The notes under the pieces: generated by a model
Told to the model about the DNA's origin: nothing
What the model saw: the letters and a program-made list of their open reading frames with translations, nothing else
Database searches by the model: none
Translations under genes and position numbers: made by a program
Assembly (NCBI GenBank): GCA_030669415.1
Contig: DAOVDS010000001.1
Span: 1 to 50,590, forward strand
Direction: 5' to 3'
Length of the DNA stretch: 50,590 nt
Origin: a bacterium
GTDB taxonomy: Bacteria > Planctomycetota > SKW154 > DAOVDS01
Part shown: piece after piece, positions 36,825 through 44,266 of the stretch
Layout of the letters: each line of letters opens with the position of its first letter
Numbering within the stretch: position 1 is the stretch's first letter

Positions 36825-37072
36825 TCCTCAATAGTCTTCATTATGGACCTGTAAGCCTGGAAGCCTCCGACTACGACACCCAGAAGTATCCCCGCAATGA
36901 GAAAAACCGGTGAAGTGGAAAGCCACCTGTCTACAAAATACCCGGCGAAGCCGCATACCCCCACCGCAGCCACCATGGTTAGACCCAGCCCGGTTACCAG
37001 CGCAAGAGCACCGTAAATGCGGCTTCTTTCCTCTTTGTCGCCAATCATGCCTGTGAGCCTCGGCACCCACAC
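36821..37072 (-). CDS. AtpZ/AtpR-like small membrane protein
   Basis: Two TM helices, GYFVDRWL motif, first gene of the atp operon. The start could be ATG 37048. Confidence 0.55.
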   Translation of the reverse strand: MWVPRLTGMIGDKEERSRIYGALALVTGLGLTMVAAVGVCGFAGYFVDRWLSTSPVFLIAGILLGVVVGGFQAYRSIMKTIEE

Positions 37073-37128
37073 CGGGCCGCGCCGCGCCTGCCGTAAACGT
37101 ACACACCAGGGGCCAATATAAGGCGCTA

Positions 37129-37157
37129 ACTATAACTTCACGCCATTTCCAAGTCAA
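37129..37157 (-). promoter_or_regulatory. Sigma70-type promoter for the atp operon
   Basis: Minus strand TTGACT (37157-37152), 17 nt, TATAGT (37134-37129). Confidence 0.55.
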
Positions 37158-37197
37158 GCATATTTTTCTCGAAGCGGTTCCGGGGCTTTCGCCCCGG

Positions 37198-37265
37198 TGT
37201 TACGGGTTACGGGTTGCGGGTTCCGGGAATCAAAACTCGTAACTCGTAACTCGCAACCCGAAACC
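37198..37265. repeat. Palindrome of heptamer repeats (gttacgg/gttgcgg facing ctcgtaa/ctcgcaa) with no gene inside
   Basis: gttacgggttacgggttgcgggtt ... aactcgtaactcgtaactcgcaaccc. Preceded by the hairpin ccggggc-tttc-gccccgg (37180-37197). Confidence 0.65.
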
Positions 37266-37285
37266 TGTCTCCGTGTGTTTTGGCC

Positions 37286-37313
37286 TTGACTCGCCTGCCA
37301 GGCACCGTATAAT
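37286..37313 (+). promoter_or_regulatory. Sigma70-type promoter for the nuoE-like gene
   Basis: TTGACT (37286-37291), 16 nt, TATAAT (37308-37313). AGAGAGGAGG RBS before ATG 37354. Confidence 0.6.
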
Positions 37314-37353
37314 CGCCAATCTTCCACTTCACGCAGAGAGGAGGCCCAACAAC

Positions 37354-37914
37354 ATGGCTGGCAAATCCGCCGCGCTTGCACAACCCGACCTGTCAGGCCT
37401 GGGTGGACTGCTCGACTCCCTGGCTCCGGAACCCGCAACCCCCGTGAACAGCATCCTGATACCTGTCCTTCAGGCAGTCCAGGAGCGCTACGGCTGGCTG
37501 CCTCGTGAGGCGCTGGAACGAGTGAGCCGCAGGTTCCGAATACCATTGTCACGCATTTATGGTGTAGTTACTTTCTATGCCCAGTTCTACCTCGAGCCGC
37601 GCGGGAAACACACCGTGCGGGTCTGTCGCGGGACTGCCTGCCACGTGCGGGGGGCGTCATCAGTCCTCTCGACGGTCGAGCAGGTACTCGGCGTGGCCGA
37701 CGGAGAAACCACCCCGGACCTGCTTTTTTCCATCGAGACTGTGGCATGCCTGGGAACCTGCTTCCTCGCTCCCGTAATGATGATTGACGAGAACTACTAC
37801 GGTAAGCTCGACGCCGCCAAAGTCCGAAAGGTGTTCAAGGAATACAAGAAAGGCCAACGCGCAAGGAAAGAGCCGGCGGGCAGGAAGAAATATAGTAGAA
37901 CAGTAGAACAGTAG
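37354..37914 (+). CDS. NuoE/FdsG/HoxE-like 2Fe-2S subunit
   Basis: VCRGTACHVRG...VACLGTCFLAPVMMID (four-Cys thioredoxin-like ferredoxin). The last 3 codons and the TAG stop (37903-37914) overlap the repeat element copy 2; the repeated gtagaacag-type units continue upstream. Confidence 0.85.
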   Translation: MAGKSAALAQPDLSGLGGLLDSLAPEPATPVNSILIPVLQAVQERYGWLPREALERVSRRFRIPLSRIYGVVTFYAQFYLEPRGKHTVRVCRGTACHVRGASSVLSTVEQVLGVADGETTPDLLFSIETVACLGTCFLAPVMMIDENYYGKLDAAKVRKVFKEYKKGQRARKEPAGRKKYSRTVEQ

Positions 37915-37977
37915 AGCAGTGAAAATCTTCTCACAACCATCTACTGCTCTACTTACTTGAAAATCGGAGATTTTCAC
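37903..37977 (+). ncRNA. Copy 2 of the 75-nt structured intergenic element
   Basis: Two substitutions relative to copy 1, both in the loop of the 10-bp hairpin. Followed by GTG 37978 and a 6-codon uORF ending in a GTGA overlap with the 37995 start. Confidence 0.6.
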
Positions 37978-37994
37978 GTGGGGGCGCACACAAA

Positions 37995-39353
37995 GTGAGA
38001 AGGATTCCGTCACACAAAGAACTTGAAGCTCTTCAGAAAGAACTCCAGGATAAACACGACCCGGACAGGACAAGGATTCTCGTGTGTCACACCGGCTGCA
38101 AGGCCATGGGCGCGGACCAGTTGCTGGCAGCTTTCAAGGAAGGAGTCGCCTCAGCCGGACTCCAGGAGGAAGTCGAGGTTGTTGAGACAGGCTGCCACGG
38201 ATGTTGCGCCGGTGCGCCCGTTATAGCCATCGAGCCGCAAGGCATCGTCTACCACAGCGTACAACCTGAGAACGTGGCGGAAGTTATCGAGAAGACCATA
38301 AAGAACGGCGAGTGCGTGGACTCCCTCGCCGCCGAGTCCGTGGACGACAAGCCCGTCTTCAAGCGTGAAGAGATTCCCTTCTACCGGCAGCAGCAGAAAA
38401 TCGTCCTGCGCAACTGCGGCAGGATTGACCCCACCAACTGGGAGCATTACCTCGCGCGTGACGGCTACAGCGCGCTCGCCAAGGCACTTGCCGGCCTTAC
38501 GCCCAAACAGGTCATTGACGAGGTGCTCCAGTCCGGCCTGCGAGGCCGCGGAGGCGCAGGCTTCCCCACGGGCAGAAAATGGCAGTTCGCGCGCAATGCG
38601 AAGGGCTCGCCCAAGTACATAATCTGCAACGCGGACGAAGGTGACCCCGGCGCATTCATGGACCGGAGCATCCTCGAAGGCGACCCGCACTCCGTCATTG
38701 AGGGAATGATAATAGGCGCCTTCGCAATCGGCGCGCAGAAAGGCTTCATCTACGTGCGGGCCGAGTACCCGATTGCAGTCAGGCACGCTCACAAGGCGCT
38801 CGACCAGGCACGCGCGCTCGGAATGCTCGGAGAGAACATCCTCGGCAGCAGTTTCGATTTCGAGATAGAGGTGCGCGAGGGCGCAGGCGCGTTCGTCTGC
38901 GGCGAAGAGACAGCCCTTATCGGCTCCATTGAAGGCAAGCGCGGCAAGGGTAAGTTCCATGCGCTCAAATACACCGAGTCCGCCGAGCTGCCTGACAAGG
39001 ACTACCCAATGCTGCTTACCACAGGCAGGCTGCTCTACCATTTCCACACAGGCACCATGACCCGAAGGGTCGAGTCACTCGAAGCCATCTCCCCCGAGCC
39101 GTTTGTAGAAGTCAACGCCGAGGATGCGAAAAAGCTCGGCATAGCCGATGGCGAGCTAATTCAGCTCCGCTCCCGCAGAGGTCAGACACAGGCAAAGGCG
39201 CTTATAGGCTCAATGGTGGACCGCGGCATCCTCTTCATGCCTTTCCACTTCAAGGAAGCCGCTGTCAACCTGCTGACAAATGACGCGCTTGACCCGGTTG
39301 CGAAAATCCCCGAGTTCAAAGTCTGCGCAGTCGCCATTGAGAAGGTGTCCTAA
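37995..39353 (+). CDS. Chimeric ORF: NuoF/FdsB-like N-terminus (aa 1 to about 317) fused in frame to the C-terminal molybdopterin-dinucleotide-binding domain of a formate dehydrogenase alpha subunit
   Basis: RGRGGAGFPTGRKW, CNADEGDPGAF and GAGAFVCGEETALIGSIEGKRG are followed directly by KDYPMLLTTGRLLYHFHTGTMTRR...FMPFHFKEAAVNLLTNDALDPVAKIPEFKVCAV. The NuoF 4Fe-4S domain and almost all of FdhA are missing. Likely a deletion remnant. Confidence 0.75.
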   Translation: MRRIPSHKELEALQKELQDKHDPDRTRILVCHTGCKAMGADQLLAAFKEGVASAGLQEEVEVVETGCHGCCAGAPVIAIEPQGIVYHSVQPENVAEVIEKTIKNGECVDSLAAESVDDKPVFKREEIPFYRQQQKIVLRNCGRIDPTNWEHYLARDGYSALAKALAGLTPKQVIDEVLQSGLRGRGGAGFPTGRKWQFARNAKGSPKYIICNADEGDPGAFMDRSILEGDPHSVIEGMIIGAFAIGAQKGFIYVRAEYPIAVRHAHKALDQARALGMLGENILGSSFDFEIEVREGAGAFVCGEETALIGSIEGKRGKGKFHALKYTESAELPDKDYPMLLTTGRLLYHFHTGTMTRRVESLEAISPEPFVEVNAEDAKKLGIADGELIQLRSRRGQTQAKALIGSMVDRGILFMPFHFKEAAVNLLTNDALDPVAKIPEFKVCAVAIEKVS

Positions 39354-39980
39354 GTGGACCTCGTCATACTCGCAGGCGGCAGAAGCCGCAGGATGGGAAG
39401 CGCAAAAGCGCTTCTTGATTTCAACCGGACAAGTCTCATCGAAACCGTTATCGCCCGTATCCGCCACCTCTTCGACAATGTGATTATTGCATGCGCTGCA
39501 GGCAACAGCTTCCCCCATATTGACGCAACTGAAGTGAAAGATATCTATCCCGACTCAGGCTCGCTCGGCGGGCTGCACGCCGGGCTCTCGGCCGCTAACT
39601 CCGACAGAATCTTTGCACTCGCATGCGACATGCCGTTTGTCAACCCTCAGCTCGTCAGCATGCTTATTGGGCGCAGTTCCGATTGTGATGCAGTTGTGCC
39701 AAGAACGGCGGCGGAAAGCGCCCATAACGACAAGCCCGGCACAATGTATTTCGAACCCCTGCACGCCGTCTATTCAAAAACGTGCCTGCCACACATGGAG
39801 CAGCTTCTCGGAAGCGGCAACCTGAAAATTCTGGATTTTTTCGACAGGGTGAATGTGGACTTCGTAGACACCGGCGAGATACAGGCCGTTGATTCCCAAA
39901 TGCTGTCCTTCTTCAATATCAACACACCTGAAGATTTCGAGCGCGCAAAAGAACTGCTGGCGAAAGAGCGCGGCGGATGA
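39354..39980 (+). CDS. mobA: Molybdenum cofactor guanylyltransferase
   Basis: VILAGGRSRRMG motif. GTG start abuts the upstream stop. Confidence 0.85.
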   Translation: MDLVILAGGRSRRMGSAKALLDFNRTSLIETVIARIRHLFDNVIIACAAGNSFPHIDATEVKDIYPDSGSLGGLHAGLSAANSDRIFALACDMPFVNPQLVSMLIGRSSDCDAVVPRTAAESAHNDKPGTMYFEPLHAVYSKTCLPHMEQLLGSGNLKILDFFDRVNVDFVDTGEIQAVDSQMLSFFNINTPEDFERAKELLAKERGG

Positions 39981-40897
39981 GCAGCATTACACGAAAACTC
40001 ATCGTCGCATTCGACACCGCCGCCGTGGCCACGGTACGCATCTTTCTTACCTCGCTGCCGCGCGACATGGCGCGCTTCGCCGGCTCTGTCTTCGGGGCTA
40101 TGGCCCTCTTCGTATCCCCCGGGAGAAGAAAACGAGCGCTCGAAAACCTGCGAAAAGTCATGCCACACCTCACCCGCAAGCAGCGCAGCAGTATCTGCCG
40201 CCAGTGCTTCATCCAGTTCGGCGCAGGCTTCGCCGAAGTCTACCATCTGCAGCGCAGGAAGGGCTCGTACCTGCGCCGCTTCGTATCGATAGACGGGCTG
40301 CACCACCTGCGCGACGCACTCGCAAGAGGCAAAGGCGCAATTATCGTGGGCAGCCACCTGAGCAGCTTCCCCATAGGCATGCTCGCACTCGCAAACGAGA
40401 ACTTTCCGGTGGCAGTCGTCGTACGCCAGGCGGATAACGATACGGTCGAACGGATGAACAACGACATCCGCCGCAACTACGGCCTCCACTGGATATACGT
40501 CAAGCCCCGGCAGGAAGCGGCGCGCAACTGCATGAAATGGCTGCGCCAAGGCAAGATTCTCTGGATTCAGGTGGACCAGCGAAGCCGCACCGGCATCGTC
40601 GCGCAGTTCCTCGGCCATCTCTGCCAGGTCGCACCCGGCGCCGCACTCTTCGCCCAGCGAACTGGCTGTCCCGTCCTTCCCGCAGTGATAGTCAGGAACA
40701 GCAGCTCTCGCTACCGCGTCAGTATTGGCGAGGAAATCCCGGTTGTGAATACCGGCGACAGGCAGTCCGACCTGCGCGTCAACATGGAGAGATTCCTCCA
40801 GGCCTTCGCTCCCCATATCCTTGAGCACCCCGGCCAGTGGACCTGGTTCCACAAGATGTGGAAAGTCCGCCCGGAAGCACTCACCATCGAACCTTGA
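39977..40897 (+). CDS. LpxL/HtrB-family (lysophospholipid/lipid A) acyltransferase
   Basis: Family-typical length and the GAIIVGSHLSSFP / RQADN / QVDQR blocks. Confidence 0.7.
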   Translation: MSSITRKLIVAFDTAAVATVRIFLTSLPRDMARFAGSVFGAMALFVSPGRRKRALENLRKVMPHLTRKQRSSICRQCFIQFGAGFAEVYHLQRRKGSYLRRFVSIDGLHHLRDALARGKGAIIVGSHLSSFPIGMLALANENFPVAVVVRQADNDTVERMNNDIRRNYGLHWIYVKPRQEAARNCMKWLRQGKILWIQVDQRSRTGIVAQFLGHLCQVAPGAALFAQRTGCPVLPAVIVRNSSSRYRVSIGEEIPVVNTGDRQSDLRVNMERFLQAFAPHILEHPGQWTWFHKMWKVRPEALTIEP

Positions 40898-40957
40898 CAA
40901 CGCTACCTTCGACAGATAGACTGCGAGAACCAACTTTGTCGAGGCAGACAACTGAAA

Positions 40958-41070
40958 TTCCAAAGCCGCGGTCTTCATGGCTGCGGAAAGATTGAGTTTT
41001 TCCCCACCGATAAACGGGTGGGGCTTTGGAATCGGGTTTTTCCCCACCGATAAACGGTGGGGCTTTGGAA
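40958..41070 (+). repeat. REP-like compound hairpin unit (40958-41031) plus a half unit (41036-41070) upstream of the RAYT gene
   Basis: The ends ttccaaagcc...ggctttggaa are complementary. Internal hairpins are ccgcgg..ccgcgg and ccccacc-gataaac-ggtgggg. Confidence 0.8.
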
Positions 41071-41097
41071 TTATTGTTGCAATGGGGAATTTGCCGT

Positions 41098-41610
41098 ATG
41101 GCGTTTTTGATAACCTGGACGACACACAATTCGTGGCTTCCGGGCGACCCGCGCGGGTTCAGGAGCTACAAAGGCAAGGACTATGTACCGCCGCCTGCGC
41201 GCTACACCGAGAATGGGTCAGAATGCTATGACCCTGAGCGGTTTGAAGGGCTACATGAGTTCCATTCGCCCAAGAATTGTGTAAGATTGAATCAGGAGCA
41301 GCGTCAAGTAGTGGCCGATATTCTTGCTGATACGATAAGTGAGATGTGTCCCGGCCGGTTGGCTTTCTGCGTTGGCGAAACCCATGTACACGTATTGGCT
41401 GAGCTCGGCGGGCGGGTAACTGTTTCCCGATTCTGCAACTTCGCTAAAGGACGCAGCGCGAGGAAACTGATTGCACTTGGTCACAGTGGCAAGGTCTGGG
41501 CCAGAAGATACCACGCGCGGCATATAGACTCCTCGGCGTGGGATAGCGCTAAACAATATGTATCGAAGCACAACACCGGCAGAGAAGTAATTCGCGAGAC
41601 CAATACCTGA
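41098..41610 (+). CDS. REP-associated tyrosine transposase (IS200/IS605-like Y1 HUH enzyme)
   Basis: ITWTTHNSWLPGDPRGF N-terminus, HVHVL (HUH) and a C-terminal YVSKHN Tyr. Flanked by REP units. Confidence 0.8.
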   Translation: MAFLITWTTHNSWLPGDPRGFRSYKGKDYVPPPARYTENGSECYDPERFEGLHEFHSPKNCVRLNQEQRQVVADILADTISEMCPGRLAFCVGETHVHVLAELGGRVTVSRFCNFAKGRSARKLIALGHSGKVWARRYHARHIDSSAWDSAKQYVSKHNTGREVIRETNT

Positions 41611-41612
41611 CA

Positions 41613-41685
41613 TTCCAAAGCCGCGGTCTTCATGGCCGCGGAAAGATGAAGTTTTTCCCCACCGATAAACGGCGGGGCTTTGGAA
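41613..41685 (+). repeat. REP-like compound hairpin unit downstream of the RAYT gene
   Basis: Near-identical to 40958-41031 and in the same orientation. Confidence 0.8.
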
Positions 41686-41716
41686 TTGCCTGGAAGAACA
41701 GAAAGGCGCATGTGAA

Positions 41717-42193
41717 ATGAGAGTCGGAATAGGATTTGACATTCACCGGATGGTTCCCGGAAAAAAGCTCCTCCTCGGCGGTGTCGAGATGCCCCACACC
41801 CACGGTCCGCTGGCGCACTCCGACGGCGATGTCCTGCTGCACGCGCTTGTTGACGCAATCCTCGGCGCGGCCGCGCTGGGCGACATCGGTGAGATGTTCC
41901 CCGACACCGACCCCAGGTACAAGGATGCCGACAGCGCCACCTTCGTCGAGCAGGCCCTGCGCGAAGTTCGTGCCAAGGGATTCGAGGTCGTTTCAGTCGA
42001 TTCAATCGTCATGGCGGAGCAGCCGAAGATTGCGCCTCATAAAGAATCTATTTGCCTAAAAATAGCTTCTATGCTATCCTTGGAACCCGGTTGCGTCAGC
42101 GTCAAGGGCAAGTCTTTTGAAGGCATGGGCGAGATAGGGCGCGGTGAGGCAATCGCGGCCCAGGTGGTTGCTGTTCTTCGTGAAAGCTCGTAG
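41717..42193 (+). CDS. ispF: 2-C-methyl-D-erythritol 2,4-cyclodiphosphate synthase
   Basis: RVGIGFDIHR...HSDGDVLLHAL...GDIGEMFPDTDP motifs. Confidence 0.9.
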   Translation: MRVGIGFDIHRMVPGKKLLLGGVEMPHTHGPLAHSDGDVLLHALVDAILGAAALGDIGEMFPDTDPRYKDADSATFVEQALREVRAKGFEVVSVDSIVMAEQPKIAPHKESICLKIASMLSLEPGCVSVKGKSFEGMGEIGRGEAIAAQVVAVLRESS

Positions 42194-42228
42194 CGCCCTG
42201 TCACTGCTGTCTGCCCAGGAGGGTTTGA

Positions 42229-43797
42229 TTGGCTTATCTGGAAGTCAGGATTCCAAACACTCCGACCGATACGGTTCCCATTCGCAAGGGCGTAGTGACG
42301 GTCGGCAGAGCGCCCCAGAATGACTTCATCATGAAGGATAAGCTCTCCTCGCGGCTGCATTTCAAGATTGTCAAGACCGCGTTCGGACACAAGGTGGTTG
42401 ACCTGGGCTCGTCCAACGGCACATTCATCAATAACCGCAAGGTCAACAAGGAACAGGCGCTCAAGGATGGTGATGTCGTAAAGATTGGCAATACCCAGCT
42501 TATCTACCGCGTCGAGCCCGTGGGCGCCATGGTCGGCATGGGCGAGTCGGAGGTGTTCGCAACCCAGATAGTCAAGAGCGCGCAGGAGGTAAGCGCGGCC
42601 ATGGGCACGACAGGCGGCCTTGAGGCGGCACGCAAGTTCAAGACGGCGCGCCTCAGCCAGAACCTCTACATCCTCTATCGCATAGGCAAGATGCTCAACT
42701 CCACCCGCGACACCCAGGAGCTCCTGCACACAGCCATGGATTTAATTTTCAAGGTCTTGAAGGCCGACCGCGGCCTCCTCATGCTTGTGGACCAGAAAAC
42801 CGGAAAGCTGAGTCCGAAAGTCTCGCGCTCGAGGACCGGCACTGTCGCGGAAATAGAAGTCTCCTCCACCATCTCCACCAAGGTAATAGATGAGAAAGTC
42901 TCCATCCTGACCTCCGACGCAACCACCGACCCGCGATTCTCCGACGGCAGGTCTATCGCGCTGCAGAACATAAGAAGCGCACTCTGCGTCCCTCTCTGGG
43001 AGGAGGGGCAGCAGGTGCGCGGCATAATCTACATTGACAACACGCACGAGCCCAATGTCTTCGGTGAACCCGACCTCGACCTCCTCACTGCGGTGGCCAA
43101 CCAGATAGCGGTCGCGCTCATAAAGGAAGAGCTCAACGAGAAGATTCGCAAGGAAGCGGTTATTCGCTCGAGTCTCGAGCGCTATAACTCCCGCCAGGTG
43201 GTAGACCAGATAATAAAGCAGATAGAGGGCGGCGGGCACGTCGCTATCGAGATGAAGGAGACCACCGCAAGTGCCCTCTTCGCCGACCTGCAGAATTTCA
43301 CACCACTCTGCGAAAGGCTGCGCCCGCACGATGTCGCGGAACTGCTCTCCACCTACTTCGACCACATGGCAAAGGTAATCTTCGCAAACAAGGGCATGAT
43401 TAACAAGTACGTCGGTGATGCGGTACTCGCGGTGTTCGGCGTCTTCTCCGCCGATGACGGCGCCGACAACGCCACCAAGGCAGCCATTCAGATGGTGAAA
43501 GCCCTTCTGCAGCTCAAGAAGAGTGACCCCAGGTTCAAGGACTTCAATGTCCGCATAGGCGTGAACACCGGCGTCATGGTCTGCGGGAACATAGGCCCGC
43601 TGGAAAGAATCGAGTATACTGTCCTGGGCGACCCCGTCAATGTCGCATCGAGACTTCAGTCGCTCGCCGAGCCCAACTCCACGCTGATAGGCGAGAACAC
43701 CTTCGAGAACCTCAAGACGAAGGTCCAGGCGGTATGCCTCGGTCAGACCGCACTCAAGGGCAAGCAGCAGAAGATAAAAGTCTACAAAGTCTGTTAA
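42229..43797 (+). CDS. Class III adenylate/guanylate cyclase with N-terminal FHA and GAF domains
   Basis: FHA (VGRAPQND...GSSNGTFINNRKV), a GAF region, and a cyclase core (FADLQNFT...KYVGDAVLAVFG...GDPVNVASRL). Confidence 0.85.
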   Translation: MAYLEVRIPNTPTDTVPIRKGVVTVGRAPQNDFIMKDKLSSRLHFKIVKTAFGHKVVDLGSSNGTFINNRKVNKEQALKDGDVVKIGNTQLIYRVEPVGAMVGMGESEVFATQIVKSAQEVSAAMGTTGGLEAARKFKTARLSQNLYILYRIGKMLNSTRDTQELLHTAMDLIFKVLKADRGLLMLVDQKTGKLSPKVSRSRTGTVAEIEVSSTISTKVIDEKVSILTSDATTDPRFSDGRSIALQNIRSALCVPLWEEGQQVRGIIYIDNTHEPNVFGEPDLDLLTAVANQIAVALIKEELNEKIRKEAVIRSSLERYNSRQVVDQIIKQIEGGGHVAIEMKETTASALFADLQNFTPLCERLRPHDVAELLSTYFDHMAKVIFANKGMINKYVGDAVLAVFGVFSADDGADNATKAAIQMVKALLQLKKSDPRFKDFNVRIGVNTGVMVCGNIGPLERIEYTVLGDPVNVASRLQSLAEPNSTLIGENTFENLKTKVQAVCLGQTALKGKQQKIKVYKVC

Positions 43798-43835
43798 CCC
43801 TGCCAAGGAACATCCTTCTTGTTCTGCACGTCTGC

Positions 43836-43864
43836 TTGACAAATAACGTTCCGTGAGGTATATT
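43836..43864 (+). promoter_or_regulatory. Sigma70-type promoter for the 43.9-48.7 kb operon
   Basis: TTGACA (43836-43841), 17 nt, TATATT (43859-43864). Confidence 0.55.
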
Positions 43865-43890
43865 TGTTCATGTTCGATGGGGGGCGGATC

Positions 43891-44265
43891 ATGTCTTTCA
43901 AGGATTGGCGCGTAGTAGTTCTGGCGGTACTCGTTTTTGGCGCGAGTTTGTCGCTTGTTGCCTACTGGGTGTCATCCGGAACTTCAAACCATCGGGCCGG
44001 CCACACGCAAGCTCAACCTGAGTCGCGGTCACTGAAACAAGACCTGCACGAGATCACACATTCCGAAGAAAACAGGCAACTTCTTGATTCCGTTCGGGAA
44101 GGCACACCCCGGTTAGAGCCGGACGACGTTAGGGTATTGAAGGATGCTGAAGTCATATCAGCGGAAGAAGCGCGCTTATTGGAAGAGATCGAGAAAGACA
44201 ATGTGCTATCAGACGAAAAGAAACCGATGAAGAGCAAAGAGTTAAGGGACAAGGGGGGACAGTAG
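43891..44265 (+). CDS. Small membrane-anchored hypothetical protein
   Basis: ATG 43891 (MSFKDW) lies downstream of the promoter. One TM, then an acidic coiled region. The 43864 start overlaps the -10. Confidence 0.45.
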   Translation: MSFKDWRVVVLAVLVFGASLSLVAYWVSSGTSNHRAGHTQAQPESRSLKQDLHEITHSEENRQLLDSVREGTPRLEPDDVRVLKDAEVISAEEARLLEEIEKDNVLSDEKKPMKSKELRDKGGQ

Positions 44266-44266
44266 T

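Noticed and set aside
39770-41125. 451-aa ORF on the minus strand
   Set aside because: It is antisense to mobA and the acyltransferase gene, and it runs through the REP units. Its repetitive PIPKPH/FIGGEK peptides are just translated REP hairpins.
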